NCBI GenBank assembly: GCA_017438945.1
Contig: JAFRUI010000018.1
Span: 16,049 to 80,048 of the forward strand
DNA: 64,000 bases
Reading direction: 5' to 3'
Origin: Bacteroidales bacterium
Lineage (GTDB): Bacteria; Bacteroidota; Bacteroidia; Bacteroidales; WCHB1-69
The notes under the pieces were generated by a model. That model did not search any database. It was not told the DNA's origin and saw nothing but the letters and a program-made list of their open reading frames with translations. A program made the translations under genes and the position numbers. This document shows, one piece after another, positions 44,018 to 52,488 of this stretch (within the stretch, counting starts at the first letter, position 1; every line of letters starts with the position of its first letter).

Positions 44018-45229
44018 ATGCAAGAATCTAAATTACAATCAATTGAACAGGCCATTGAAGATTTAAAGGCCGGGAAATTCGTCATTCTGGTGGATGACGA
44101 GGAACGTGAGAATGAGGGCGATTTCATCATCGCCGCCCAACATATAGATGCCGACAAGGTGAACTTCATGCTTTCACGCGGCCGTGGCGTGCTCTGCGTG
44201 CCCATGACCGCCGAACGCTGCCGCGAACTGGACCTCGAAATGCAGGTCTCCAACAACACTTCCATACACGAGACCCCTTTCACCGTCACCGTTGACCTTT
44301 TGGGTCACGGTTGCACGACGGGCGTCTCCATGCACGACCGCGCCGCTTCCATCAACGCATTGGCGGATAAGACGATGAAGGCCACCGACTTCGGTCGCCC
44401 GGGACACGTGAACCCGTTGCGCGCCCGTGACGGCGGCGTGCTCGTCCGCGCCGGCCACACCGAAGGCACGGTCGATCTGCTGAAGCTCGCAGGTTTGGAG
44501 CCCGTGGGCGCCCTCATCGAAATCATCAACCCCGACGGCACGATGGCACGTCTGCCCGAGCTACTGGAAGTGGCTGAACAATACGGAATTACGATTACCA
44601 GCATCGAAAAGCTGATTGCCTACCGTTTGGAAAAGGAAACCCTTATCCGCCGTGAGCAGGAGGTCAACTTGCCGACGCAATGGGGTGATTTCCGTCTGAT
44701 TGCCTACACGCAGCTCAACAACGGCGCCACCCACCTCGCCCTCAAGAAAGGCGACTGGGAGGACGGCGAGCCGGTGATGGTGCGCGTACACTCCTCCTGC
44801 GCCACCGGCGACATCTTCGGATCCTGCAAGTGCGACTGCGGCGAGCAGCTGCACCGCGCCATGGAGATGGTCGATAAGGAGGGCAAAGGCCTGGTGCTCT
44901 ACATGAGTCAGGAAGGCCGTGGCATCGGACTCATCAACAAGCTGAGGGCCTACCACTTGCAGGAACTCGGCCGCGACACCGTGGAGGCCAACCTCGAACT
45001 CGGCTTCAAGGCCGACGAGCGCGACTACGGCGTGGGGGCGCAGATCCTACGTGACCTCAAAGCCACCAACGTCCGCCTCATCACCAACAACCCCGCCAAA
45101 CGCGTCGGTCTCTCCGCCCACGGCATCACCATTTCCGAAACCCTCCCCATCATCGTCAAACCCAACAAAATCAACGAGAATTATCTGAAGACCAAACAGG
45201 CGAAAATGGGACACAAACTTGGCCTTTAG
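44018..45229 (+). CDS. ribBA: bifunctional 3,4-dihydroxy-2-butanone-4-phosphate synthase / GTP cyclohydrolase II
   Basis: The DHBPS half carries ..[12 protein letters not shown].. and the GCHII half carries ..[11 protein letters not shown].. Start re-set to MQESKLQS, downstream of the -7 box. Confidence 0.95.
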   Translation: MQESKLQSIEQAIEDLKAGKFVILVDDEERENEGDFIIAAQHIDADKVNFMLSRGRGVLCVPMTAERCRELDLEMQVSNNTSIHETPFTVTVDLLGHGCTTGVSMHDRAASINALADKTMKATDFGRPGHVNPLRARDGGVLVRAGHTEGTVDLLKLAGLEPVGALIEIINPDGTMARLPELLEVAEQYGITITSIEKLIAYRLEKETLIRREQEVNLPTQWGDFRLIAYTQLNNGATHLALKKGDWEDGEPVMVRVHSSCATGDIFGSCKCDCGEQLHRAMEMVDKEGKGLVLYMSQEGRGIGLINKLRAYHLQELGRDTVEANLELGFKADERDYGVGAQILRDLKATNVRLITNNPAKRVGLSAHGITISETLPIIVKPNKINENYLKTKQAKMGHKLGL

Positions 45230-45285
45230 CTTTTAGCTATTGGCTATTGGCTTCAATAACCTATAACCAATAACCCATAACCATT
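45227..45285. repeat. partly self-complementary heptamer arrays (ATTGGCT units, then [AC]ATAACC units)
   Basis: TAGCTTTTAGCTATTGGCTATTGGCTTCAATAACCTATAACCAATAACCCATAACC fills the ribBA-lepA spacer. Confidence 0.8.
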
Positions 45286-45288
45286 ATA

Positions 45289-47076
45289 ATGAACCATATC
45301 CGGAACTTCTGCATCATCGCCCACATCGACCACGGAAAGAGCACATTGGCTGACCGTTTGTTGCAATTCACCAAAACGGTGAATGATCGCGACTTCCAGA
45401 ACCAGGTGCTCGACGACATGGACTTGGAGCGTGAGCGCGGCATCACCATCAAAAGCCACGCCATCCAGATGGATTACATGTACAAGGGTGAGAAATACAT
45501 TCTCAACCTGATCGACACTCCAGGCCACGTGGATTTCTCCTACGAGGTTTCCCGTTCCATCGCCGCGTGCGAGGGCGCGCTGCTGCTCGTGGATGCCACG
45601 CAAGGCGTTCAGGCACAGACCATTTCCAACCTCTATCAGGCCATCGACAACGATTTGGAGATTATCCCCGTCATTAACAAGATGGACATGCCCGCCGCCA
45701 TGCCCGAAGAGGTCAAGGATCAGATTGTGGATTTGATTGGCTGTGATGTTGAGGACATCATCGAGGCGAGCGGTAAGACAGGACAAGGCGTGGAGCAGAT
45801 TTTGGAGGCCATCATCGAGCGCATCCCCGCTCCCAAGGGTGATCCCGAGGCACCGCTGCAGGCGTTGATCTTCGACTCCATCTTCAACTCCTTCCGTGGC
45901 ATCATCGCCTACTTCCGCATCTTCAACGGCACTATCCGTACGCACGATTTGGTGAAGTTCTTCTCCACCAATCACGAATATGATGCCGACGAAATCGGCA
46001 TTCTCAAGATGGACCGTGTGCCCAAGGATGTGCTTTCCGCCGGCGACGTGGGTTACCTCATCACCGGCATCAAGACCTCCACGGAGGTGAAGGTCGGCGA
46101 TACCATCACGCACGTCGAAAACCCTTGCGGAACCGCCATCGAGGGCTTCCAGGAGGTGAAACCGATGCTGTTTGCCGGCATCTACCCCACCGAGGCCGAT
46201 CAATACGAGGAGTTGCGTGCCTCCCTCGAAAAGCTGCAGCTCAACGATGCTTCCCTGACCTTCGTTCCCGAGTCATCACTGGCTTTGGGTTTCGGTTTCC
46301 GTTGCGGCTTCCTCGGACTGCTGCACATGGAGATCATCCAGGAGCGTCTGGACCGCGAGTTCGACCAGGATGTGATTGCCACGGTGCCGAACGTATCGTA
46401 TAAAGTGTTGACTACCAAGAAACAATGGTTGGACGTTTATAACCCGTCGGGAATGCCCGCGCCCAACGAAATCGACCATGTGGAAGAACCTTATATCCGT
46501 GCCCAGATCATCACCAAGGACGATTACATCGGTCCGGTCATCAAGCTCTGCATCGACAAGCGCGGCACACTAATCAACCAAATGTACGTGGCTGCTAACC
46601 GTGTGGAGCTGACTTTCGATCTGCCGCTGGGCGAAATCGTTTTCGATTTCTACGACAAGCTGAAGAGCATTTCCAAGGGTTACGCCTCCTTCGACTACCA
46701 CATCACCGACTACAAGCCCGCGCATCTCGTCAAGTTGGACATTCTGCTCAACGGCGATTCCGTGGATGCCTTGTCTGCTTTGATTCACGTCGATAACGCC
46801 TATCCGTTCGGTCGTCGTATCTGCGAGAAGCTCAAGGAGTTGATTCCGCGTCAGCAGTTCGACATCGCCATCCAGGCGGCCATCGGCACCAAAATCATCG
46901 CCCGTGAAACCGTCAAGCAGGTACGCAAAGATGTGACAGCCAAATGCTACGGCGGTGACATCACCCGTAAGCGCAAGCTGTTGGAGAAACAGAAGAAGGG
47001 CAAGAAGCGTATGCGCCAAATCGGCAACGTGGAGGTGCCGCAATCGGCCTTCCTCGCCGTGCTGAAATTAGACTAA
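45289..47076 (+). CDS. lepA: elongation factor 4
   Basis: 595 aa. [25 protein letters not shown].. and a conserved LepA C-terminus are present. Confidence 0.97.
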   Translation: MNHIRNFCIIAHIDHGKSTLADRLLQFTKTVNDRDFQNQVLDDMDLERERGITIKSHAIQMDYMYKGEKYILNLIDTPGHVDFSYEVSRSIAACEGALLLVDATQGVQAQTISNLYQAIDNDLEIIPVINKMDMPAAMPEEVKDQIVDLIGCDVEDIIEASGKTGQGVEQILEAIIERIPAPKGDPEAPLQALIFDSIFNSFRGIIAYFRIFNGTIRTHDLVKFFSTNHEYDADEIGILKMDRVPKDVLSAGDVGYLITGIKTSTEVKVGDTITHVENPCGTAIEGFQEVKPMLFAGIYPTEADQYEELRASLEKLQLNDASLTFVPESSLALGFGFRCGFLGLLHMEIIQERLDREFDQDVIATVPNVSYKVLTTKKQWLDVYNPSGMPAPNEIDHVEEPYIRAQIITKDDYIGPVIKLCIDKRGTLINQMYVAANRVELTFDLPLGEIVFDFYDKLKSISKGYASFDYHITDYKPAHLVKLDILLNGDSVDALSALIHVDNAYPFGRRICEKLKELIPRQQFDIAIQAAIGTKIIARETVKQVRKDVTAKCYGGDITRKRKLLEKQKKGKKRMRQIGNVEVPQSAFLAVLKLD

Positions 47077-47099
47077 TCGTTGCGGTTGCGCCAAATGTT

Positions 47100-47127
47100 G
47101 TAGGGGCGAATGATTATTCTCCCCTAC
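47100..47127. repeat. REP-like hairpin
   Basis: GTAGGGG-CGAATGATTATTCT-CCCCTAC lies between convergent genes. Confidence 0.6.
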
Positions 47128-47957
47128 TAATTCTTCACACACCTCACGGCACAAAAATGGAGATCCGCCAACGAACTGATTGAAGGGTCAGAATGGATAT
47201 TCATCTCGAAAATATAGGGTTGCGGATAGATGGAGTCGGGCCAGCCATAATTCCACGCAGGGTACGGATCCGGACTAATGTTGGCAGTATCAATGACCGG
47301 TGCCGGTTTCGGATAATCGTTGTTGAAGTCGGCACACCAATAGATGGCACTCTCGTGTTCTTTCCAATGTTCCCATAGGCCACCGGCATGTAGTGGATAG
47401 TCATGGACAAAGCCCGTGGGAAGGGCTGAAAAACCTGTTTGGTTGAAATGTTCGGGCTCGTTGCCCAAATTCTCGCCCTCGACACGCCAGCTTTTGTCGG
47501 CCAATGCCTTGCTGACTGAACCGGAAGTGTCCCAAAGGGAGGGATGGTTGGCAAGATAGCTGACGAGTGTCTGCCACTCTTTTGAGGTGGGCAGGTGCCA
47601 ACCGTCGGGGCATATTCCTTGCGTGGTCGTGCCAGTCTCAAAAGTGCCGTTTTGCGCGGCAGCGGCGTTGTAATACACTTTGCCGGAAAAGGTTAAATAC
47701 GCGGGCTTTTGAAGAAGAATGTCGTATGTACTCAGATCCGAACCGTCAGGGAGGTGCGTGACCTTAAGATCCTGGCTCATCCAGACCTGGTCTCCGATTT
47801 TCACGGTGCTATATTGGTTGCCGTCCACATCCGTGAGGGGACCGTCGGGTTTGCGTTCGCAGGCGGCAAATAGTGCGAAAGCCACTAATACCGCAATGCA
47901 GAGCATGCCGCATAAACGCCCGCAACTTTTCTCTGTTTGTGTCTTGATCTTTTTCAT
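47127..47957 (-). CDS. lipoprotein with Fibrobacter succinogenes major paralogous domain (TIGR02145-like)
   Basis: Contains ..DVDGNQYSTVKIGDQVWMSQDLKV.., ..GICPDGWHLPTSKEWQTL.. and the lipobox LFAAC. Confidence 0.7.
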   Translation of the reverse strand: MKKIKTQTEKSCGRLCGMLCIAVLVAFALFAACERKPDGPLTDVDGNQYSTVKIGDQVWMSQDLKVTHLPDGSDLSTYDILLQKPAYLTFSGKVYYNAAAAQNGTFETGTTTQGICPDGWHLPTSKEWQTLVSYLANHPSLWDTSGSVSKALADKSWRVEGENLGNEPEHFNQTGFSALPTGFVHDYPLHAGGLWEHWKEHESAIYWCADFNNDYPKPAPVIDTANISPDPYPAWNYGWPDSIYPQPYIFEMNIHSDPSISSLADLHFCAVRCVKN

Positions 47958-47989
47958 TGTTGTGAATTTTGGGTTATGAATTTGTTTGG

Positions 47990-47997
47990 CAAAAATA
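47990..47997 (-). promoter_or_regulatory. proximal -7 promoter box for the gene at 47957
   Basis: TATTTTTG on the minus strand, 33 nt upstream of the ATG. Confidence 0.45.
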
Positions 47998-48000
47998 CGG

Positions 48001-48089
48001 GGATCTCTATTTTTAACTTTTTCTCGTCATACCTCCAGACCTCGCGAGGTCCGTTGAACAAAATCTGAAAATATGACGCTGCAAATCTA
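48001..48089 (-). promoter_or_regulatory. conserved promoter/leader element, copy 1
   Basis: TAGATTTGCAGCGTCATAT..GTTC..GGACCTCGCGAGGTC..GAGG.. is homologous to 50392-50475. Confidence 0.5.
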
Positions 48090-48139
48090 CATAAATATTC
48101 TTTTAGTTCGGTCTGTTTTTTGAATTTTTCTACTTTTTA

Positions 48140-49454
48140 GGGGGGGTATATTTCTGATTATCAATTGGTTATCTTATTTAGTTCATTCCAAGTCGCATGA
48201 CTTGCTCGTACCGGCACAGGTTGTAGACCAGGTTTGTCAGGGTGTTGTAGGCCGCGTTCCGCGCAAAGCCGACCTCTCGGCTGGACATTCCGTGAAGGCA
48301 CTCTTCCATGTATCCGAGAACACATGTTCCACCCTCACGCGCAGCTTCGAGTTCTACCTGTTGATGGTCTCCTGCCATTTGCTGATTTTCTTGCCTCGGG
48401 TGTTCCGCTTGATCACCTTGTCCTTCATCCCGAACTTCCGCATCACCCTCTTCACCCCTTTGCCGATGTAGGCACTGTCAGCGAGCAAATCCTCACCCCT
48501 GTCATTCTCATCCACAAGCTCTTTCACCGGCTTGGAGTCGTGGTCGGAAGCAGTCGTGGTCACCACTTTCTTGATGAACTTGCTCCCCTTGTCCACTTTT
48601 GCATGGTTCTTGTAGCCGTAATGTTTTTCGCCGCCCTTCTTCACCCATCGGGCATCCGTGTCCTTCTGCCTCTTCTTGTTGGCCTTGCGCTTCTTCTCCT
48701 CCTCGGTGTCGCCCTCTTCGGGATTCCACAACTCGCCGCCCTTGCCTTCCTTGATTTGTTTGTTCTCCTCACGCGTGTTACGCTGGCGCGGCACCTCCAC
48801 GAAGCTCCCGTCTATCATGGTGCCCTCATGCATGATCAGGTTGTTCTCGTCCAAAAAGGCGTAAAATTTATTGAACAATTGCTCGAAAAGACCTTTCTTT
48901 GTCAATTCCTCCTTGAAAGCCCATATCGTTTTCTCGTCGGGCACCTTGTCGCCGCTGGCCAATCCGAGGAAGTCGCGGAACGAGAGCCTGTCGCGAATCT
49001 GGTATTCTGTCTGCGGATCGCTAAGATGATACATCCGCTGTAGAACCACTATCTTGAACATCAGCACGTAGTCGTACGGCTTCGCGCCAACGTTGGTGAA
49101 CTTCTCCTTGTAAAGACCTTTCTCCAACGTGTCTCTAAACATTTCAAAATCAATCGCTTCCTGAAGTTTGGCCAAGGGGTTGCCCATCTTGTTCAGTCGT
49201 TCCAATGTCTCGTCGTTATCGAAAAGCCCGACGTTGCCTTGCTGCTTGTATGTTGGTTTGGTCTGATTCATTGCTCATTCAAATTCGTTGCAAATATACA
49301 AATAATTCCTTGAATGACAATGGGTTGCGAAAGATTTTTGTCATAAAAAGTTCATTTGTGGCGAATTGGCTCAAACGGGAATTTCGGGTGCCGTTTTCAG
49401 CGGATTTTAGCTCATAAGAAGCTGTTAATCAGGAAGAAATAATTAGAAGTCCCC
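48140..49454 (-). mobile_element. IS5-family insertion sequence (boundaries approximate)
   Basis: The transposase remnant is flanked by imperfect inverted ends, GGGGGGGTATATTTCTGATTATCAA and (reverse complement) GGGGACTTCTAATTATTTCTTCCTGATTAACAG. Confidence 0.5.
48178..49271 (-). pseudogene. IS5-family (DUF772 + DDE_Tnp_1) transposase, disrupted
   Basis: The 305-aa ORF ends ..KWQETINR at an in-frame TAG. RVRVEHVF continues in the same frame, then the remainder (GYMEE..LTNLVYNLCRYEQ) shifts to another frame (track ORF 48178..48378). Confidence 0.7.
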
Positions 49455-49479
49455 ATAAAGAAAAACACCTTTTTCATAT

Positions 49480-50364
49480 CTATCGCTTTATAAATTTGGC
49501 ACTCTGATTAAATTTGGACGCATCATAACAACGTACTACATATTGTCCAGCAGGCAGTGCGGATATGTTAATTTGTTTTTGAGTGCCGCAGGAAAACACA
49601 TCTTTCTTTACCAGATTTCCATGAATATCAACAATATCGCAGTTTATTTTCTCTGAAGTGACCTTTTCGGGCAAAAATAAGTTCAACACATTTGATGCAG
49701 GATTGGGATACAGTAGCACCTCCCCTTTTTCATATTCTGTGACACTGCTCACGTCACATCCTGTGTAATCCGGATTCATCCAAGCAAGACTGTTGTCCTG
49801 AAAGAAACATGTGAGGTCACACTTTTGTTGTGCTTCCGCTTCCAACAAGCGAAATCGGGTAGGGAACAAAAAACCATGAACACTTCCTACATCCTCAATC
49901 CAACTTTCTCTAATTAACCTGAAAACAGCATCTGAAATAGGCTTGAAAACAAGTACTTTTTTACTTTCCCCATCAACCTGGGTTGTGGCAACACTGTCAA
50001 CTATCAAATACTGCTCCTCATCCCCAAGAGTTTCCTCTATTGGAATCCAAAAAGCCGTGTCTCCGGGTTGCAACCCATAGTCATAGAGAAGTGTGGTATT
50101 CCCAAGCGTATCCACAAAAAAACATTTGTCGTCATTAGTAAAATATGCTCCGACATAATTACCGTTTTCATAAAGTTGAGAGGCAAGAGTTTCGTTTATG
50201 GTTGTGTCAGGTCCAGTGGAGATAACGGAATAGGTATATTGCCCGTAGTTGTATTCAACAATATTCCACTCCATGTTTTGGGAAGTAGGTGTTTCCTGTC
50301 CCCACGCCACATCGGCGCACAAAAGCAAGACAATAACAGCTGCAATAAAGGATGTGCGTTTCAT
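49480..50364 (-). CDS. secreted protein with T9SS C-terminal sorting domain
   Basis: It has a signal peptide and the C-terminus ..LLYPNPASNVLNLFL..LPAGQYVVRCYD... Confidence 0.7.
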   Translation of the reverse strand: MKRTSFIAAVIVLLLCADVAWGQETPTSQNMEWNIVEYNYGQYTYSVISTGPDTTINETLASQLYENGNYVGAYFTNDDKCFFVDTLGNTTLLYDYGLQPGDTAFWIPIEETLGDEEQYLIVDSVATTQVDGESKKVLVFKPISDAVFRLIRESWIEDVGSVHGFLFPTRFRLLEAEAQQKCDLTCFFQDNSLAWMNPDYTGCDVSSVTEYEKGEVLLYPNPASNVLNLFLPEKVTSEKINCDIVDIHGNLVKKDVFSCGTQKQINISALPAGQYVVRCYDASKFNQSAKFIKR

Positions 50365-50391
50365 AATATTGGGTATTTAAAAAACATTAGT

Positions 50392-50475
50392 GGACCTCTC
50401 TTATTTACTTTTCCGCCCCCTCTGAACCCTGCGAGGCCCGAGAACAGAATTCGGGGATATGACGCTGCGAAATTA
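50392..50475 (-). promoter_or_regulatory. conserved promoter/leader element, copy 2
   Basis: TAATTTCGCAGCGTCATAT..GTTC..GGGCCTCGCAGGGTTC..GAGG.. Confidence 0.5.
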
Positions 50476-50516
50476 CACTTTTTTGACTTGTGACTTGTGA
50501 TGTGGTGCGGGGCTTT

Positions 50517-50579
50517 GTAGAGACGTTTCATGAAACGTCTCTACGGTGCCGCCGCAGGCAGACTCTTACGGCGGCACCG
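50517..50579. repeat. GTAGAGACG-type REP plus an adjacent second hairpin
   Basis: GTAGAGACGTTTCATGAAACGTCTCTAC is followed by CGGTGCCGCCG..CGGCGGCACCG. Confidence 0.75.
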
Positions 50580-50635
50580 TCCTTATCCGAACTTGCGATA
50601 TATCCAGTTGTTGCACAGGGTTTTCATCTGATCTG

Positions 50636-51130
50636 TTAATACAACGGACTGCTGGTAAAACTCAGCCCCGTGAACGTGAATTGCTGCGTGATACTATCGC
50701 GAAAGAGGAGTTGCCCAGGAATATTCAGAAAAATGCGGTTGTTATGCTCGTCCGTGTAGTTCAACGAGCGAGCTGGCATCAGGAAGAAGTTCTCCGAGGT
50801 CAGTCCGAACGTGTCCGTGGTGGTGGCGGTGACGGCGGTAGCGACTTGGTTTAAAGAGACCGCCGTGGCAACACGACATGCGGTGCCATTGCCCTGACAA
50901 TCGACATGAACATATTTCCCATGGAATAATATGCAACCTGGACAGCCTTTGGCATCATGTCCCAAGCTGACCATGAACATACATTCGTTAGCTGTTTTTT
51001 CACCTGTCTGCACAGGTATTACTCTGTTGCCATTGTCAATGACCGATTCTGCCTCATGCCGACATGAGAAACTGCCAAGCATTACTGCACAGCAGACTAA
51101 AATCAAACTTATTGTCTTTACTTCTTTCAT
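50636..51130 (-). CDS. Cys-rich hypothetical lipoprotein
   Basis: Start re-set to MKEVKTISLILVCCAVMLGSFSC. No family recognised. Confidence 0.55.
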   Translation of the reverse strand: MKEVKTISLILVCCAVMLGSFSCRHEAESVIDNGNRVIPVQTGEKTANECMFMVSLGHDAKGCPGCILFHGKYVHVDCQGNGTACRVATAVSLNQVATAVTATTTDTFGLTSENFFLMPARSLNYTDEHNNRIFLNIPGQLLFRDSITQQFTFTGLSFTSSPLY

Positions 51131-51377
51131 GATACTATTTTTAATAATTGTTTTCAAAAATACATTTTTTTCCATAGAAAATCATTTTCTTTCGTCCTTT
51201 TCCTGCCACATAGGACGAACCCTGCTTATGAATGGATAAAACGAATGTTTAAATTTGAAATATAACAATGTAATACGAACACAATCAGGTATATACAACA
51301 TACTTGTTTTTTATCCTAAAAAAACTTTTTATCCTTTCACTATGACGAATGATTCTTTTTTGAATGGATAAAATAAT

Positions 51378-51385
51378 TATCTTTG
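51378..51385 (+). promoter_or_regulatory. -7 promoter box for the LytTR gene
   Basis: TATCTTTG lies 15 nt upstream of the ATG at 51400. Confidence 0.5.
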
Positions 51386-51399
51386 CACAAAAAACAATT

Positions 51400-52488
51400 A
51401 TGAAAAGCCTTGAAATTTCTACAAGATGGATTTATCTTGCACAACTGGTGATCTGCTTGTTATTTCTGTATTGGTTCTGTAATAACTCCTTGTTGCGCCC
51501 AAGTCCCGGAAACGTCCACTTCAAAGAGTTTATTATTGGGGGGCTGCTGTTGATTATCTGCTACTTAAACGCTTTTGTATTGCATCCGACTCTTTTCCAA
51601 CGGAATAAAGCTGCTTATGTGATGAGTTCCGTTATCAGTGTGCTTGTCGCCCTTCTTGTGGAATTTTCGTGGCTTTATAACGACATCATGTCTTGCCTCC
51701 TTAGGTCTTTTACGCCAACGGAAGCCCATGCCTACTACTGGAACTGTGTGTTTTATGCTTTTTTGAGAGATTTAGGATTAGTTTCGTTCACATTCCTCAT
51801 TTGTGAACTGAAAAGCAACAGGGTTCAGAAAAATACGACAGAAATCCTTTTGATGAAAACAGACAACAAAATAGAGGTCAAGGATTTTTCAGGAAACAAT
51901 ATCCTTCTGAATTATAAGCAGATACGTTTTTGCGAACAAGAACGAAACCAAACCAAAATATATGCAAACGAAGAGGATATATTTTTCCGATATGGCTCCT
52001 TGGCGAACATCAAAAATATTGTTGGTAATGAATACTTCTTACAAATAAACCGAAACACTCTGGTTGCAAGAAAATATATTGAACGATATTCGGACGGGCA
52101 ATTATGGCTGCTTGATGAAAAGAATCCGTTTGAAGTGTCTTCCAAATTTAAAAATCAAAAGGAGTTTCAGACATTGAATCAAAAGTCTGACAATTCTCAA
52201 CAAAATGAAGAAAAAAGTAAGAAGAAAGCAGCACCAAACAATGAAAAAACAAAGATGCTCTATCAGCTAATAGCCAAAAATCCAGATATTCCTGCAATCA
52301 AGCTGTCTAAGATGACAGGCATGTCCCCGTCCACCATAAACCGTAATCTCAAGCAGCTCAAGGACAAAGGTCTCATCGAGTACTCCGGCAGCAAGAAGAC
52401 GGGCGGGTACCGGGTGAAAGAAGTCGCAACGAAAACGCCAACTTCAAACAAGAAAGTCAAGAAACGGGAGAGCACCCAACCACTATAG
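51400..52488 (+). CDS. membrane-anchored LytTR DNA-binding protein with extra C-terminal winged-HTH
   Basis: Four or five TM helices are followed by a LytTR-like core (..IRFCEQERNQTKIY..FLQINRNTLVARKYIERY) and ..IPAIKLSKMTGMSPSTINRNLKQLKDKGLIEY... Confidence 0.65.
   Translation: MKSLEISTRWIYLAQLVICLLFLYWFCNNSLLRPSPGNVHFKEFIIGGLLLIICYLNAFVLHPTLFQRNKAAYVMSSVISVLVALLVEFSWLYNDIMSCLLRSFTPTEAHAYYWNCVFYAFLRDLGLVSFTFLICELKSNRVQKNTTEILLMKTDNKIEVKDFSGNNILLNYKQIRFCEQERNQTKIYANEEDIFFRYGSLANIKNIVGNEYFLQINRNTLVARKYIERYSDGQLWLLDEKNPFEVSSKFKNQKEFQTLNQKSDNSQQNEEKSKKKAAPNNEKTKMLYQLIAKNPDIPAIKLSKMTGMSPSTINRNLKQLKDKGLIEYSGSKKTGGYRVKEVATKTPTSNKKVKKRESTQPL

Noticed and set aside
48178-48378. 66-aa ORF listed as a separate gene.
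   Set aside because: It carries the conserved C-terminal IS5 transposase block (..LTNLVYNLCRY..). It is therefore the frameshifted tail of the transposase pseudogene.
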